Below are positions 16,865-24,946 of a stretch of 32,000 nt of DNA, in pieces; within the stretch, counting starts at the first letter, position 1, and each line of letters starts with the position of its first letter. The notes below the pieces were generated by a model. It saw only the letters and a program-made list of their open reading frames with translations, was not told where the DNA came from and did not search any database. Location of the stretch: positions 31,872 to 63,871 of the forward strand of contig CAKUIA010000015.1 in the NCBI GenBank assembly GCA_934660865.1, read 5' to 3'. Made by a program: the position numbers and the translations under genes. Source of the stretch: an uncultured Opitutales bacterium. GTDB lineage: Bacteria; Verrucomicrobiota; Verrucomicrobiia; Opitutales; Intestinicryptomonadaceae.

Positions 16865-17344
16865 ATGGACGACAAAATTACAAACATAAGGCTTGCCGGC
16901 TTGGGCGGTATGGGCGTTTTAAAGGCCGCTTTGGTGCTAAGCGAAATCCTTTTCGAGCTTGGCTACGACGTAAAAAAGGCCGAAGTTCACGGAATGTCGC
17001 AAAGGGGCGGCTCGATTTCCAGCGACATACGCTTCGGCAAAAAGGTATTTAGCCCGATGATTCCAAAAGGCAAAATAGACATTCTTTTGTCGATGATGCC
17101 CGAATGGTCGGACGTTTACATTCCCGAAGTGGTAGAGGGCGGCCTGGTTATTAAGCCCGAAGATTTCGACGTTTCGAAGCTGGCTTCGGCAAAGGCGGTA
17201 AACGTTGCAATGTTGGGCGTATTAAGCAGGCATTTAACCGACATTCCGCTGGAAAAGTGGCTTGGGGCTTTAAAAAAGTTCTTCCCCGAAAAATTGTGGA
17301 AGGCAAACGAAGACGCATTTATGCTTGGGAGGAATTCTAAATAA
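16865..17344 (+). CDS. iorB: indolepyruvate:ferredoxin oxidoreductase, beta subunit
   Basis: 159 aa. IRLAGLGGMGVLKAALVLSE and HGMSQRGGS are typical of the oxidoreductase gamma/IorB family. The gene starts 1 nt after iorA ends. Confidence 0.8.
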   Translation: MDDKITNIRLAGLGGMGVLKAALVLSEILFELGYDVKKAEVHGMSQRGGSISSDIRFGKKVFSPMIPKGKIDILLSMMPEWSDVYIPEVVEGGLVIKPEDFDVSKLASAKAVNVAMLGVLSRHLTDIPLEKWLGALKKFFPEKLWKANEDAFMLGRNSK

Positions 17345-17346
17345 CT

Positions 17347-18678
17347 ATGGCACACGCATGGAACGACAGAAACGGGACAATACACCCCGACAGCGCATTG
17401 GACTTTTTGCCGAGGCAGCAGCTTGAACAACTGCAATCGCAACGCCTTGTTGCAATGGTTGCCCACGCATATAAAAATGTGGAGCTTATACGTTCGAGAA
17501 TGGACGAAATGAACGTAAAGCCCGGCGACATTAAAAGCATAAAGGATATTTCTAAACTTCCCTTTATGCAAAAAAGCGACTTAAGAGACACATATCCTTT
17601 CGGCCTATTTGCCGTTGGTATGGACGAAGTTATAAGGCTGCATGCCTCTAGCGGAACAACGGGCAAGCCCATAGTTGTAGGCTATACGCAAGACGACCTA
17701 AACGTATGGGAAAGCACGGTTCGCAGGTCTATGCTGGCTTTCGGGCTTAGCAACAAAGACATTTTGCAAAACAGTTTCGGATACGGGCTGTTTACGGGCG
17801 GCATGGGGCTGCACGGCGGCGCGCAGTCGTTGGGTTGCGCGGTTGTTCCCGCTTCGGGCGGCAACACCGAACGCCAGGTAATGCTTATAAAAGACTTTGG
17901 CGCTACCGCCATAAGCTGCACTCCGAGCTATTTTGTGCACATAATAGAAGTTGCGCAAAAAATGGGCGTAGACTTAAAGAAAACAAACCTAAAAGTAGGC
18001 ATATTCGGGGCGGAGCCTTGGTCCGAAAATATGCGCGAATACATAGAGGCAAACACCGCAATAAAGGCTTTCGATATTTACGGGCTTTCGGAAATTGCCG
18101 GCCCCGGCGTAGGCTGCGAATGTAAATGCCACAACGGCATACACATTTTTGAAGACCACTATTACCCCGAAATTGTAGACCCCGAAACGGGAGCGCCTTT
18201 GCCCGACGGCGAAGAGGGCGAATTGGTGCTTACAACGCTAAGCAAAAGGGCAATGCCTGTTTTGCGCTACCGCACGCACGACATAACAAGCATTTATACC
18301 GAAAAGTGCGAGTGCGGCAGAACAATACGCCGCATACGCCGCATAGGCCGCAGGTGCGACGATATGTTTATTATAAGGGGCGTAAATGTATTTCCGTCGC
18401 AGATAGAGGCGGCAATGATGAGGGTTGAGGAATGCAGCCCCAACTATAGAATTGTTCTTGAAAGGGTAAAAGACTTAGACTCGGTAAGGGTGGAGCTTGA
18501 ACTTAAGGAAAATTGCTATAGCGACAGCATTGCCGCAATGGAGGCGATTCGCAAAAAGATACAGGCGGCCATAGCCGCCATAACAAATATAAGGATAGAC
18601 GTAAAACTTATGGAGCCGCACAGCCTGCCGCGTTCGGAGGGCAAAGCGAAAAGAGTTTACGACAACCGAAAAATATAG
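17347..18678 (+). CDS. paaK: phenylacetate-CoA ligase family adenylate-forming enzyme
   Basis: 443 aa. It carries the SSGTTGKP AMP-binding motif, YGLSE, and the PaaK-like N-terminus LPRQQLEQLQSQRL. It follows iorAB directly. Confidence 0.85.
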   Translation: MAHAWNDRNGTIHPDSALDFLPRQQLEQLQSQRLVAMVAHAYKNVELIRSRMDEMNVKPGDIKSIKDISKLPFMQKSDLRDTYPFGLFAVGMDEVIRLHASSGTTGKPIVVGYTQDDLNVWESTVRRSMLAFGLSNKDILQNSFGYGLFTGGMGLHGGAQSLGCAVVPASGGNTERQVMLIKDFGATAISCTPSYFVHIIEVAQKMGVDLKKTNLKVGIFGAEPWSENMREYIEANTAIKAFDIYGLSEIAGPGVGCECKCHNGIHIFEDHYYPEIVDPETGAPLPDGEEGELVLTTLSKRAMPVLRYRTHDITSIYTEKCECGRTIRRIRRIGRRCDDMFIIRGVNVFPSQIEAAMMRVEECSPNYRIVLERVKDLDSVRVELELKENCYSDSIAAMEAIRKKIQAAIAAITNIRIDVKLMEPHSLPRSEGKAKRVYDNRKI

Positions 18679-18690
18679 TAGGCTGGCATT

Positions 18691-19077
18691 ATGAGATTAA
18701 AACAAGTATCGGTATTTCTTGAAAACCAACCGGGGCACCTGATAAGGGTTTGCAAGGTGCTAGCCCAGGCAAACGTAAACCTTATAACCATATCCATTGC
18801 CGAAACGAAAGACTTCGGGGTTATGCGCCTTATTGTAGACGACCCCGAAAGGGCGAAAGAGGCATTGTCGAACGCAAAAATATCGTGCAAGCTTATAGAC
18901 GTGCTTTCTATTGAAGTTGCAAACAAAGCGGGTAGTTTCCTGGAAATATTGGAACGCGCACAGGCCGAAAAGCTTAACATAGAATATGCGTATGCCATGC
19001 CCGCCCAAACGCCCGAAAGCTCGGTTATGGTTTTAAAGTTCGAGGATATTGTCGCAGCCGAAAAGCTGTTTAAATAA
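18691..19077 (+). CDS. ACT-domain protein
   Basis: 128 aa. QVSVFLENQPGHLIRVCKVLAQANVNLITISIA is an ACT-type beta-alpha-beta start, with a second half-repeat IEVANKAGSFLEIL. Confidence 0.75.
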   Translation: MRLKQVSVFLENQPGHLIRVCKVLAQANVNLITISIAETKDFGVMRLIVDDPERAKEALSNAKISCKLIDVLSIEVANKAGSFLEILERAQAEKLNIEYAYAMPAQTPESSVMVLKFEDIVAAEKLFK

Positions 19078-19134
19078 TATTCTTGTTGCGTTTGTTTTTT
19101 GCCTTTTATGGCTTAAAAACTTAAGCGCCCTAAA

Positions 19135-19173
19135 GGGAGATTGTCGATTTTGACAGTCTCCCTTTTTATTTTT
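19135..19173 (+). terminator. rho-independent terminator of the iorAB-paaK-ACT operon
   Basis: An 11-bp stem pairs GGGAGATTGTC (19135-19145) with GACAGTCTCCC (19152-19162), including one G-T pair, around a 6-nt loop. The tail TTTTTATTTTT follows. Confidence 0.75.
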
Positions 19174-19222
19174 ATATGCCGCAATTTTGTGTTTTGCGGA
19201 GTAAAAATATAGAATCTGCCAC

Positions 19223-19279
19223 TTACCTCCGCATATTTTGCGGAGATAATGCTTGTTTTTCTCCGCAAGGTGTGTTTTG
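19223..19279. repeat. left copy of the direct repeat flanking fic
   Basis: The core is ttacctccgcatattttgcggagataatgcttgtttttctccgcaagg (19223-19270). It contains CTCCGCA (19227-33), TGCGGAG (19239-45) and CTCCGCA (19261-67). 46 of 48 core positions are identical to 20411-20458. Confidence 0.7.
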
Positions 19280-19306
19280 ATAGTGTCGATAAAAGAGGTG
19301 TTGGGT

Positions 19307-20404
19307 ATGTATATTTACGAATGCAAGGGTTGGCCTAAGTTTGTTTGGAATGCGGAGGACATTCAATCTGCGCTTTCGCGGGCTGTATTTGCGCAGGGCA
19401 AGCTGCTTGGCAAAATGGAAGCTTTAGGCTTCGACGTAAAAAACGAACAGGTGTTAAGCAGCGTTTCCGACGAAATCATAAAATCTTCCGAAATCGAGGG
19501 CGCAAATCTCAACCTTGAACAGGTTCGTTCGTCGGTTGCGCGCAGGCTAAATATAAGCTACAAATCTTCCGCAGAACCAAGCCGTTATGTTGACGGTGTC
19601 GTTCGCATGATGATGGACGCCATCGACAACTACGAGCGCCCGCTTACGCAGGAACGGCTTTTTTCGTGGCACGCGGCGTTGTTCCCGACGGGGTGGAGCG
19701 GTATGTCTGAAATAGAAGTCGGCAAATTTCGCTCGGATAAATTCGGGCGAATGCAGGTTGTTTCTGAACGCGGCAACCGCAAAACAATTCACTACGAAGC
19801 CCCGAAAGCGGAAATAATTGCCGACGAAGTCGCAAAATTCTTACGCTGGACATATTCGGTAAAGCCCAACTTAACAGCGGCGGCAATCGCGCACCTGTGG
19901 TTTGTAAGCTTGCACCCGTTTGAAGACGGCAACGGGCGCATAACCCGCGCAATTACGGAGTATATGCTGGCCAAGTGCGAGAAATCGCAGCTGCGCTTTT
20001 ACAGTATGTCGAAGCAAATCGAGCTAAACAGGCGAAATTACTACGATATAATCGAACATACACAAAAAGGCGGTCTCGATATAACGGGCTGGCTAATCTG
20101 GTTTTTCGATACGCTTTTCGAAGCAATTTCCGACGCCGACAAAACGAGCGAAAGGCTTGTGTTTAAAGCCCGATTCTGGCAAAACCTTGTAGATGTAGAT
20201 GTAAGCGCAGGGCAACGAAAACTCATAAATAGACTGCTCGACGGCTTTGACGGCAAAATGACTTCGTCGCGTTGGGCGAATATCCGCGACTGCTCGCAAG
20301 ACACCGCCTCGCGCGAAATCAACGACCTCATCGCAAAAGGCGTCCTCCTAAAAGATGGTGTAGGGCGTTCGACGCACTATATTATAAATAGGCAAAATTT
20401 TTAA
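19307..20404 (+). CDS. fic: Fic family protein (AMPylase-type, DUF4172-like N-terminus, intramolecular inhibitory motif)
   Basis: It has the HPFEDGNGRITRA Fic motif (19913-19951) and SSEIEG, which matches [ST]xxxE[GN] (19484-19501). I prefer the ATG at 19307 (MYIYECKGWPKFVW, with aaagagg upstream) over the ORF-track TTG at 19253, which lies inside the repeat. Confidence 0.9.
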   Translation: MYIYECKGWPKFVWNAEDIQSALSRAVFAQGKLLGKMEALGFDVKNEQVLSSVSDEIIKSSEIEGANLNLEQVRSSVARRLNISYKSSAEPSRYVDGVVRMMMDAIDNYERPLTQERLFSWHAALFPTGWSGMSEIEVGKFRSDKFGRMQVVSERGNRKTIHYEAPKAEIIADEVAKFLRWTYSVKPNLTAAAIAHLWFVSLHPFEDGNGRITRAITEYMLAKCEKSQLRFYSMSKQIELNRRNYYDIIEHTQKGGLDITGWLIWFFDTLFEAISDADKTSERLVFKARFWQNLVDVDVSAGQRKLINRLLDGFDGKMTSSRWANIRDCSQDTASREINDLIAKGVLLKDGVGRSTHYIINRQNF

Positions 20405-20410
20405 CATATA

Positions 20411-20470
20411 TTACCTCCGCAACTTTTGCGGAGATAATGCTTGTTTTTCTCCGCAAGGGGGTGTCTTTTG
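20411..20470. repeat. right copy of the direct repeat flanking fic
   Basis: The core is ttacctccgcaacttttgcggagataatgcttgtttttctccgcaagg (20411-20458), with the same three 7-mers at 20415-21, 20427-33 and 20449-55. It starts 6 nt after the fic stop codon. Confidence 0.7.
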
Positions 20471-20500
20471 TCAAAAATGCGAGTATATTTGCCCGCAGCT

Positions 20501-20541
20501 TAAATAAACAAAAGGGCGAAATTCCGAAAGGGAACTTCGCC
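20501..20541 (-). terminator. rho-independent terminator of the small basic protein gene
   Basis: On the minus strand, GGCGAAGTTCC-CTTTC-GGAATTTCGCC forms a hairpin (20515-20541, one mismatch). The tail CTTTTGTTTATTTA follows. It sits 33 nt after the stop codon. Confidence 0.65.
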
Positions 20542-20573
20542 TTGAACAAAAGGGAATGTGTCGAAATAAAAAA

Positions 20574-20732
20574 CTATTCCGAGGGTTTTGTTTTGGGAAG
20601 AGCTGTAACTCTGCCGTTATCTTTCCACTGGCCTCTCTTTGTGAGCAAGTCGATACGTTCAAATCTTTTAAGAACGCTGCGGTTCTTAGACGATGCGGAA
20701 CTTCCGCTTTTCAAGCTGTTGTGTTGCGACAT
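20574..20732 (-). CDS. small basic protein (52 aa), not in the ORF track
   Basis: My translation is MSQHNSLKSGSSASSKNRSVLKRFERIDLLTKRGQWKDNGRVTALPKTKPSE. The pattern H.SLK...R.VL.R.ERI..L...G.W...V..LPK.K matches my recollection of the ~50-70-aa small basic protein family annotated in several bacterial phyla. aagg lies upstream of the ATG and a terminator lies downstream. Confidence 0.6.
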   Translation of the reverse strand: MSQHNSLKSGSSASSKNRSVLKRFERIDLLTKRGQWKDNGRVTALPKTKPSE

Positions 20733-20970
20733 AAATTTATACCTTGTTGTGAGTTATTAAATGTTCCATACAACAGCATATTTTTAAAAAATCAACACTT
20801 TTTTGCAAAAAATGCGCATGCGGGCTTATTTGCCCCGTATTTTTGCCGTTTTTTGTGCAATTAAAGGCTTTGCTTTGGCAAGTTTGCCTTTTTTAGGGCG
20901 CCTTTTGCGCAAAAGTCCTAAATTGTTTTTTTCTTTTAATAAATGCAAAATATGATAGCTTATTTTTAGT

Positions 20971-22323
20971 ATGAGAATAATAGTGGCAGGTTCGGGCGAT
21001 GTAGGCTCTTATTTGTGCAAAGTTTTAAGCGAAGCCAGATACGACGTTACGCTTATAGAGGCCATAGAGGAAGTTGCCCAGGAAATGGAAAACAGCCTGG
21101 ACGTAAGGGTTATTGTAGGCAATGCCGCCTCCGCAAAATGCCTGCAAAAGGCCGGCGTTGCCGACTGCGACTATTTTATGTCGATGACTTCCGACGACCA
21201 ATCGAACATTTTGGCGTGCTCCATTGCCAAACAAATGGGGGCGGCGCATGCAATAGCAAGGGTTCACGACGCCGTTTATACGGATTCTTCGATTGTAGAC
21301 TACAAGCAGTATTTTAAGATAGACTATTTGCTTAACCCCGAAGCTCTTTCGGCGGTAGAGCTTGCAAAGCTTATACGAAACCCCGAACGCGTTGCGGTAG
21401 AAACTTTTGCCAGGGGCAAAATAGAGGTGCAACAGTTGCTGGTAAGCGAAAATTCGCGCCTGGCAAACAAGCCTCTTAAAAATTTGGATTTGCCGAAAGA
21501 CTTGCGAATAGGCTATGTGGGCGGCAAAACTTCGGCAAACGTGGCGGGCCCCGACACCGTCTTAAAAGGCGGCGACATTGTAACGCTTTTCGGCAGCACC
21601 GAAAGTTTGTATAACTACCGCAAACTTTTTAACCGCGAGTTTATGGGCGACATTGTAGACGTTGCAATATACGGCGCAACCGAAACTGCAATTTCCATAA
21701 TAAAACTATTGGGGGCAAACCGCTTTAAAATTAGGCTGATAGACCCTTCGTTGAAAAAATGCAAAACCTTTGCCGAAGAGTTCCCGAATATTACGGTTAT
21801 AAACGGTTCGGCTACCTCCCTTCAGCTTTTGGAGGAAGAGCAAATAGGCAGCTCCGACTATTTCATTTCGTGCACAAAAAAAGACGAAGACAATATTATG
21901 ACTTCGCTTCAGGCGAAAAAACTGGGCGTAGAGCATGTTTGCCTTGTAATAAACAAGCCCGACTACGAAGAGCTTTTGGGCAATATGAGCGCGTTTTTGA
22001 ATTTGGAGCTTTCGGTTTCGCCCAGAAAGGCCACGGCGAATGTGGTTTTAGACATAATACGCCTTAACGCGGGCGAAAAGATAGTGTATTCTTCGAACAA
22101 TTCCATAGAAATTATGGAGCTTAAGGTTGCCGAAAGCGCCGAGGTTGTTTCAAAACAGCTAAAGGAGGCGGGGCTGCCGAAGGGCTGCGTAGTTGCCGCT
22201 TTAGTCAGGGGCTCCGACGCAAAAGTGCCGCAGGCAGACGATGTGATAAACGCGCACGACAGCGTAATTTTAATTGTTTCGAAAGACAACGCAAAAGCTG
22301 CGGCAAAAATGTTCGGCCACTAA
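20971..22323 (+). CDS. trkA: Trk potassium uptake system, NAD-binding peripheral subunit
   Basis: 450 aa. Two RCK/TrkA-N units are present (MRIIVAGSGDVGSYL is a GxGxxG motif; the second is VAIYGATETAISI). trkH follows with a 1-nt TAATG overlap. Confidence 0.9.
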   Translation: MRIIVAGSGDVGSYLCKVLSEARYDVTLIEAIEEVAQEMENSLDVRVIVGNAASAKCLQKAGVADCDYFMSMTSDDQSNILACSIAKQMGAAHAIARVHDAVYTDSSIVDYKQYFKIDYLLNPEALSAVELAKLIRNPERVAVETFARGKIEVQQLLVSENSRLANKPLKNLDLPKDLRIGYVGGKTSANVAGPDTVLKGGDIVTLFGSTESLYNYRKLFNREFMGDIVDVAIYGATETAISIIKLLGANRFKIRLIDPSLKKCKTFAEEFPNITVINGSATSLQLLEEEQIGSSDYFISCTKKDEDNIMTSLQAKKLGVEHVCLVINKPDYEELLGNMSAFLNLELSVSPRKATANVVLDIIRLNAGEKIVYSSNNSIEIMELKVAESAEVVSKQLKEAGLPKGCVVAALVRGSDAKVPQADDVINAHDSVILIVSKDNAKAAAKMFGH

Positions 22324-23795
22324 TGAACTACCCGATTGTATTTAAAATGCTTTCCATGGTGTTCGGCACTCTCTCGATTGCCGTGGGGGCTTGCGCGTGC
22401 ATGTGCGCGTATTTTGGCAACTCTATTTTAGAGCAGGAGGCATTGCCGAATTGGATAACCTGTTTTGCCGTTTGCATTTTGGTTTCGGTTATATTTTATA
22501 TACCCGGCAAAAGCGCGCAAATGAAGCTTTTTAAGCGCGAGGCCATGTGCGTTATAGGCCTTTCGTGGCTGTTTACGTCGTTTTTCGGGGCGCTGCCTTA
22601 TGTGCTTATTTTAAACGCTAATTTTGCCGACGCATTTTTCGAAAGCGCAAGCGGCTTTACTACAACGGGGTCGAGCGTATTTTCGTCGGTCGAAAACTTC
22701 CCCCGCAGCCTTATTCTATGGCGTTCTTTAAGCCAGTGGATTGGCGGCTTGGGCGTTGTGGTTTTGTTTGTGGCAATACTCTCGTTTTTGGGGGCTTCGG
22801 CAAGAATACTGTATTCGTACGAATCCAGCGCAAAGTCGTACGAGCACGACAGCGGGCAAATCCGCAACGGGGTTTTCAGAATTTTTGCGGTATACCTTTT
22901 TTTGTCGGCGGCTTGCGCCGTTTGCTACAAGCTTTGCGGCTTGGGCTGTTTCGACGCATTTTGCCACATGCTTACAACGGTGCCTTCGGGCGGTTTCGGA
23001 ACCTTCGAGCAAAACATAGGCTCGCTTAACAACCCCGCTTTGGAATGGGCCATGATATTCTTTATGTTCGTTAGCGGTGTAAGCTTTATATACATACTTT
23101 CGCTTTTAAGGGGCAATTTTGAATATATAAAAAGGAATACCGAATTTTTTGCATATGTAGCAGTTTTGGCGTTTTCGACTTTTGTGGTGTTCGTTTCGCG
23201 CGAAAACTATTCGGGCTTTTCCGATGCGCTTGCAAATTTTAGAACTTCGGCGTTCCAGTGCGTTTCGATTATGACGAGCACGGGCTATGCCGTTTGCGAC
23301 TACCAAACCTGGAAACCCATAACGCACATTCTGTTTTTTGTATTGATATTCATAGGCGGGTGTTCGGGTTCCACAAGCGGCGGGCTTAAGGTTGCAAGGG
23401 CCGTTGCCGCCGTAAAGCTTGCGGTGGCGCACTTGGCGCGCTCGTATAGGCCAAGGCTTGTAAACCCCGTAAAGCTGAACGGCAGGGTGCTTACCGAAAG
23501 CGGCTCGGTGGAAATCCTTACATTCATTGTATTGTATGTTTTGGCCTTTTTTGCGGGAACGCTTGTAATTTCAATGCTCGAGCCCGAAACCAGTTTCGAG
23601 GGCGCAATGTCGGCGGTAATTGCAAGCTTGTCGAACGTTGGCCCCGGCTTCGGCGAATTCGGCCCGTTTTCGGACTATTCCGCGCTGTCGGTAGCGTCGA
23701 AGCTTGTGCTGGCGTTTGTTATGATTTTGGGCAGGATAGAGCTTTACGCAATTTTGGCGCTTTTTGCGCCGTCTTTTTGGAAAACTTTTAGGTAG
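22323..23795 (+). CDS. trkH: Trk potassium uptake system, membrane subunit
   Basis: 490 aa, polytopic. Repeated selectivity-filter-like segments are present (SGFTTTGSS, TVPSGGFG, IMTSTGYA, SNVGPGFG). Confidence 0.9.
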   Translation: MNYPIVFKMLSMVFGTLSIAVGACACMCAYFGNSILEQEALPNWITCFAVCILVSVIFYIPGKSAQMKLFKREAMCVIGLSWLFTSFFGALPYVLILNANFADAFFESASGFTTTGSSVFSSVENFPRSLILWRSLSQWIGGLGVVVLFVAILSFLGASARILYSYESSAKSYEHDSGQIRNGVFRIFAVYLFLSAACAVCYKLCGLGCFDAFCHMLTTVPSGGFGTFEQNIGSLNNPALEWAMIFFMFVSGVSFIYILSLLRGNFEYIKRNTEFFAYVAVLAFSTFVVFVSRENYSGFSDALANFRTSAFQCVSIMTSTGYAVCDYQTWKPITHILFFVLIFIGGCSGSTSGGLKVARAVAAVKLAVAHLARSYRPRLVNPVKLNGRVLTESGSVEILTFIVLYVLAFFAGTLVISMLEPETSFEGAMSAVIASLSNVGPGFGEFGPFSDYSALSVASKLVLAFVMILGRIELYAILALFAPSFWKTFR

Positions 23796-23804
23796 AGGTA
23801 AAAA

Positions 23805-24551
23805 ATGACAAAACTCGGAGTAAATATAGACCACAGTGCAACGTTAAGGCAGGCTCGCTATTGCGATACCGATTTTAATTCGGGCATAGTTATAGAACCC
23901 GATATTTTCGAAATCGCAAGGGCGGCATTAAAAGGCGGGGCCGATTCTATTACGGTTCACCTTAGGGAAGACCGCCGCCATATTAGAGACTGCGACGTTT
24001 TCAACCTTACAAAAAATTTAAACGCCCCCATAAATATGGAAATGGCATGCACCGAGGAAATGGTGCAAAAGGCGCTGGAATATAAGCCAAACTATGTTTG
24101 CGTTGTTCCCGAAAACCGCAAAGAGATAACAACCGAAGGCGGGCTAAACGTTGTCGGCAAATTTAACGAAGTGATGGCCGCCACAAAAAAGATGCAGGAC
24201 GCGGGCATTAGGGTTTCGCTTTTCATAGATCCCGATTTGCGGCAAATTGCCGCGGCAAAAAAGGCGGGCGCGCAGGCGGTAGAGCTTCATACGGGGGCTT
24301 ACGCAAACGCCTGGAACAACCCCGAAAAATTCGAGGCCGAAAAGCAAAGGCTAAAGGTTGCACGCAATTTTTGCGAAGAGCAAAATTTAATAGTAAACGC
24401 GGGCCACGGCCTAAACTACAAAAATTTGCCAGACTTTAAAACACTGGGCAAGTTTAACGAATTAAACATTGGGCATACCATTGTTTGCAGGGCGCTGCTT
24501 GTGGGCATGGAATGTGCAGTGCGCGAAATGAAGGAACTTGTCTGCAAATGA
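23805..24551 (+). CDS. pdxJ: pyridoxine 5'-phosphate synthase
   Basis: 248 aa. LGVNIDHSATLRQAR, ITVHLREDRRHI, VELHTGAYA and NAGHGLNY are classic PdxJ blocks. Confidence 0.9.
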   Translation: MTKLGVNIDHSATLRQARYCDTDFNSGIVIEPDIFEIARAALKGGADSITVHLREDRRHIRDCDVFNLTKNLNAPINMEMACTEEMVQKALEYKPNYVCVVPENRKEITTEGGLNVVGKFNEVMAATKKMQDAGIRVSLFIDPDLRQIAAAKKAGAQAVELHTGAYANAWNNPEKFEAEKQRLKVARNFCEEQNLIVNAGHGLNYKNLPDFKTLGKFNELNIGHTIVCRALLVGMECAVREMKELVCK

Positions 24552-24943
24552 GCGGTATTCAGGGAGGCGTTGTAGCTGTAGGCACTGATATTTGCGATGT
24601 CGAAAGGGTGCAAAATATGATTTTGCGCTACGGCAGCGCCTTTCTCGAAAAGACCTTTACCGAAAGCGAAATTGCATATTGCAGCAAGTTTAAAAACAGC
24701 GCCGAAAGGTTTGCCGCCCGCTTTGCCGCAAAAGAGGCAATGGCAAAGGCTTTGCAATGCGGCTTTGCCGAAGGCGTTTCGCCGAAGTCGCTTTCGGTGC
24801 AAAATTCGGAAAACGGTGCGCCCTACGCCGTGCTGGACGACTGCGCAAAAAATAAAATGCTGGCTATGGGCGGCAAAAAAATGCACATAAGCCTTAGCCA
24901 TTTAAAAGACTATGCCGTGGCCTATGCGGTAATTTCGGGATAA
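24548..24943 (+). CDS. acpS: holo-[acyl-carrier-protein] synthase
   Basis: I prefer the ATG at 24548 (an ATGA overlap with the pdxJ stop) over the ORF-track start at 24485. MSGIQGGVVAVGTDICDVERV, FAARFAAKEAMAKAL and ISLSH fit AcpS. The pdxJ-acpS adjacency is a known conserved arrangement. Confidence 0.85.
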   Translation: MSGIQGGVVAVGTDICDVERVQNMILRYGSAFLEKTFTESEIAYCSKFKNSAERFAARFAAKEAMAKALQCGFAEGVSPKSLSVQNSENGAPYAVLDDCAKNKMLAMGGKKMHISLSHLKDYAVAYAVISG

Positions 24944-24946
24944 AAA

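Noticed and set aside
19253-19306. ORF-track TTG start extending Fic by 18 codons (MFFSARCVLIVSIKEVLG)
   Set aside because: The extension lies within the repeat and hairpin element. The ATG at 19307 has aaagagg upstream and begins the conserved MYIYECKGWPKF-type N-terminus.
20437-20864. Plus-strand ORFs of 107 aa (20437-20760) and 102 aa (20556-20864) after fic
   Set aside because: The first starts inside the fic-flanking repeat and mirrors the spurious TTG start at 19253. Neither has features. The minus-strand 52-aa gene with RBS-like element and terminator explains the region better.
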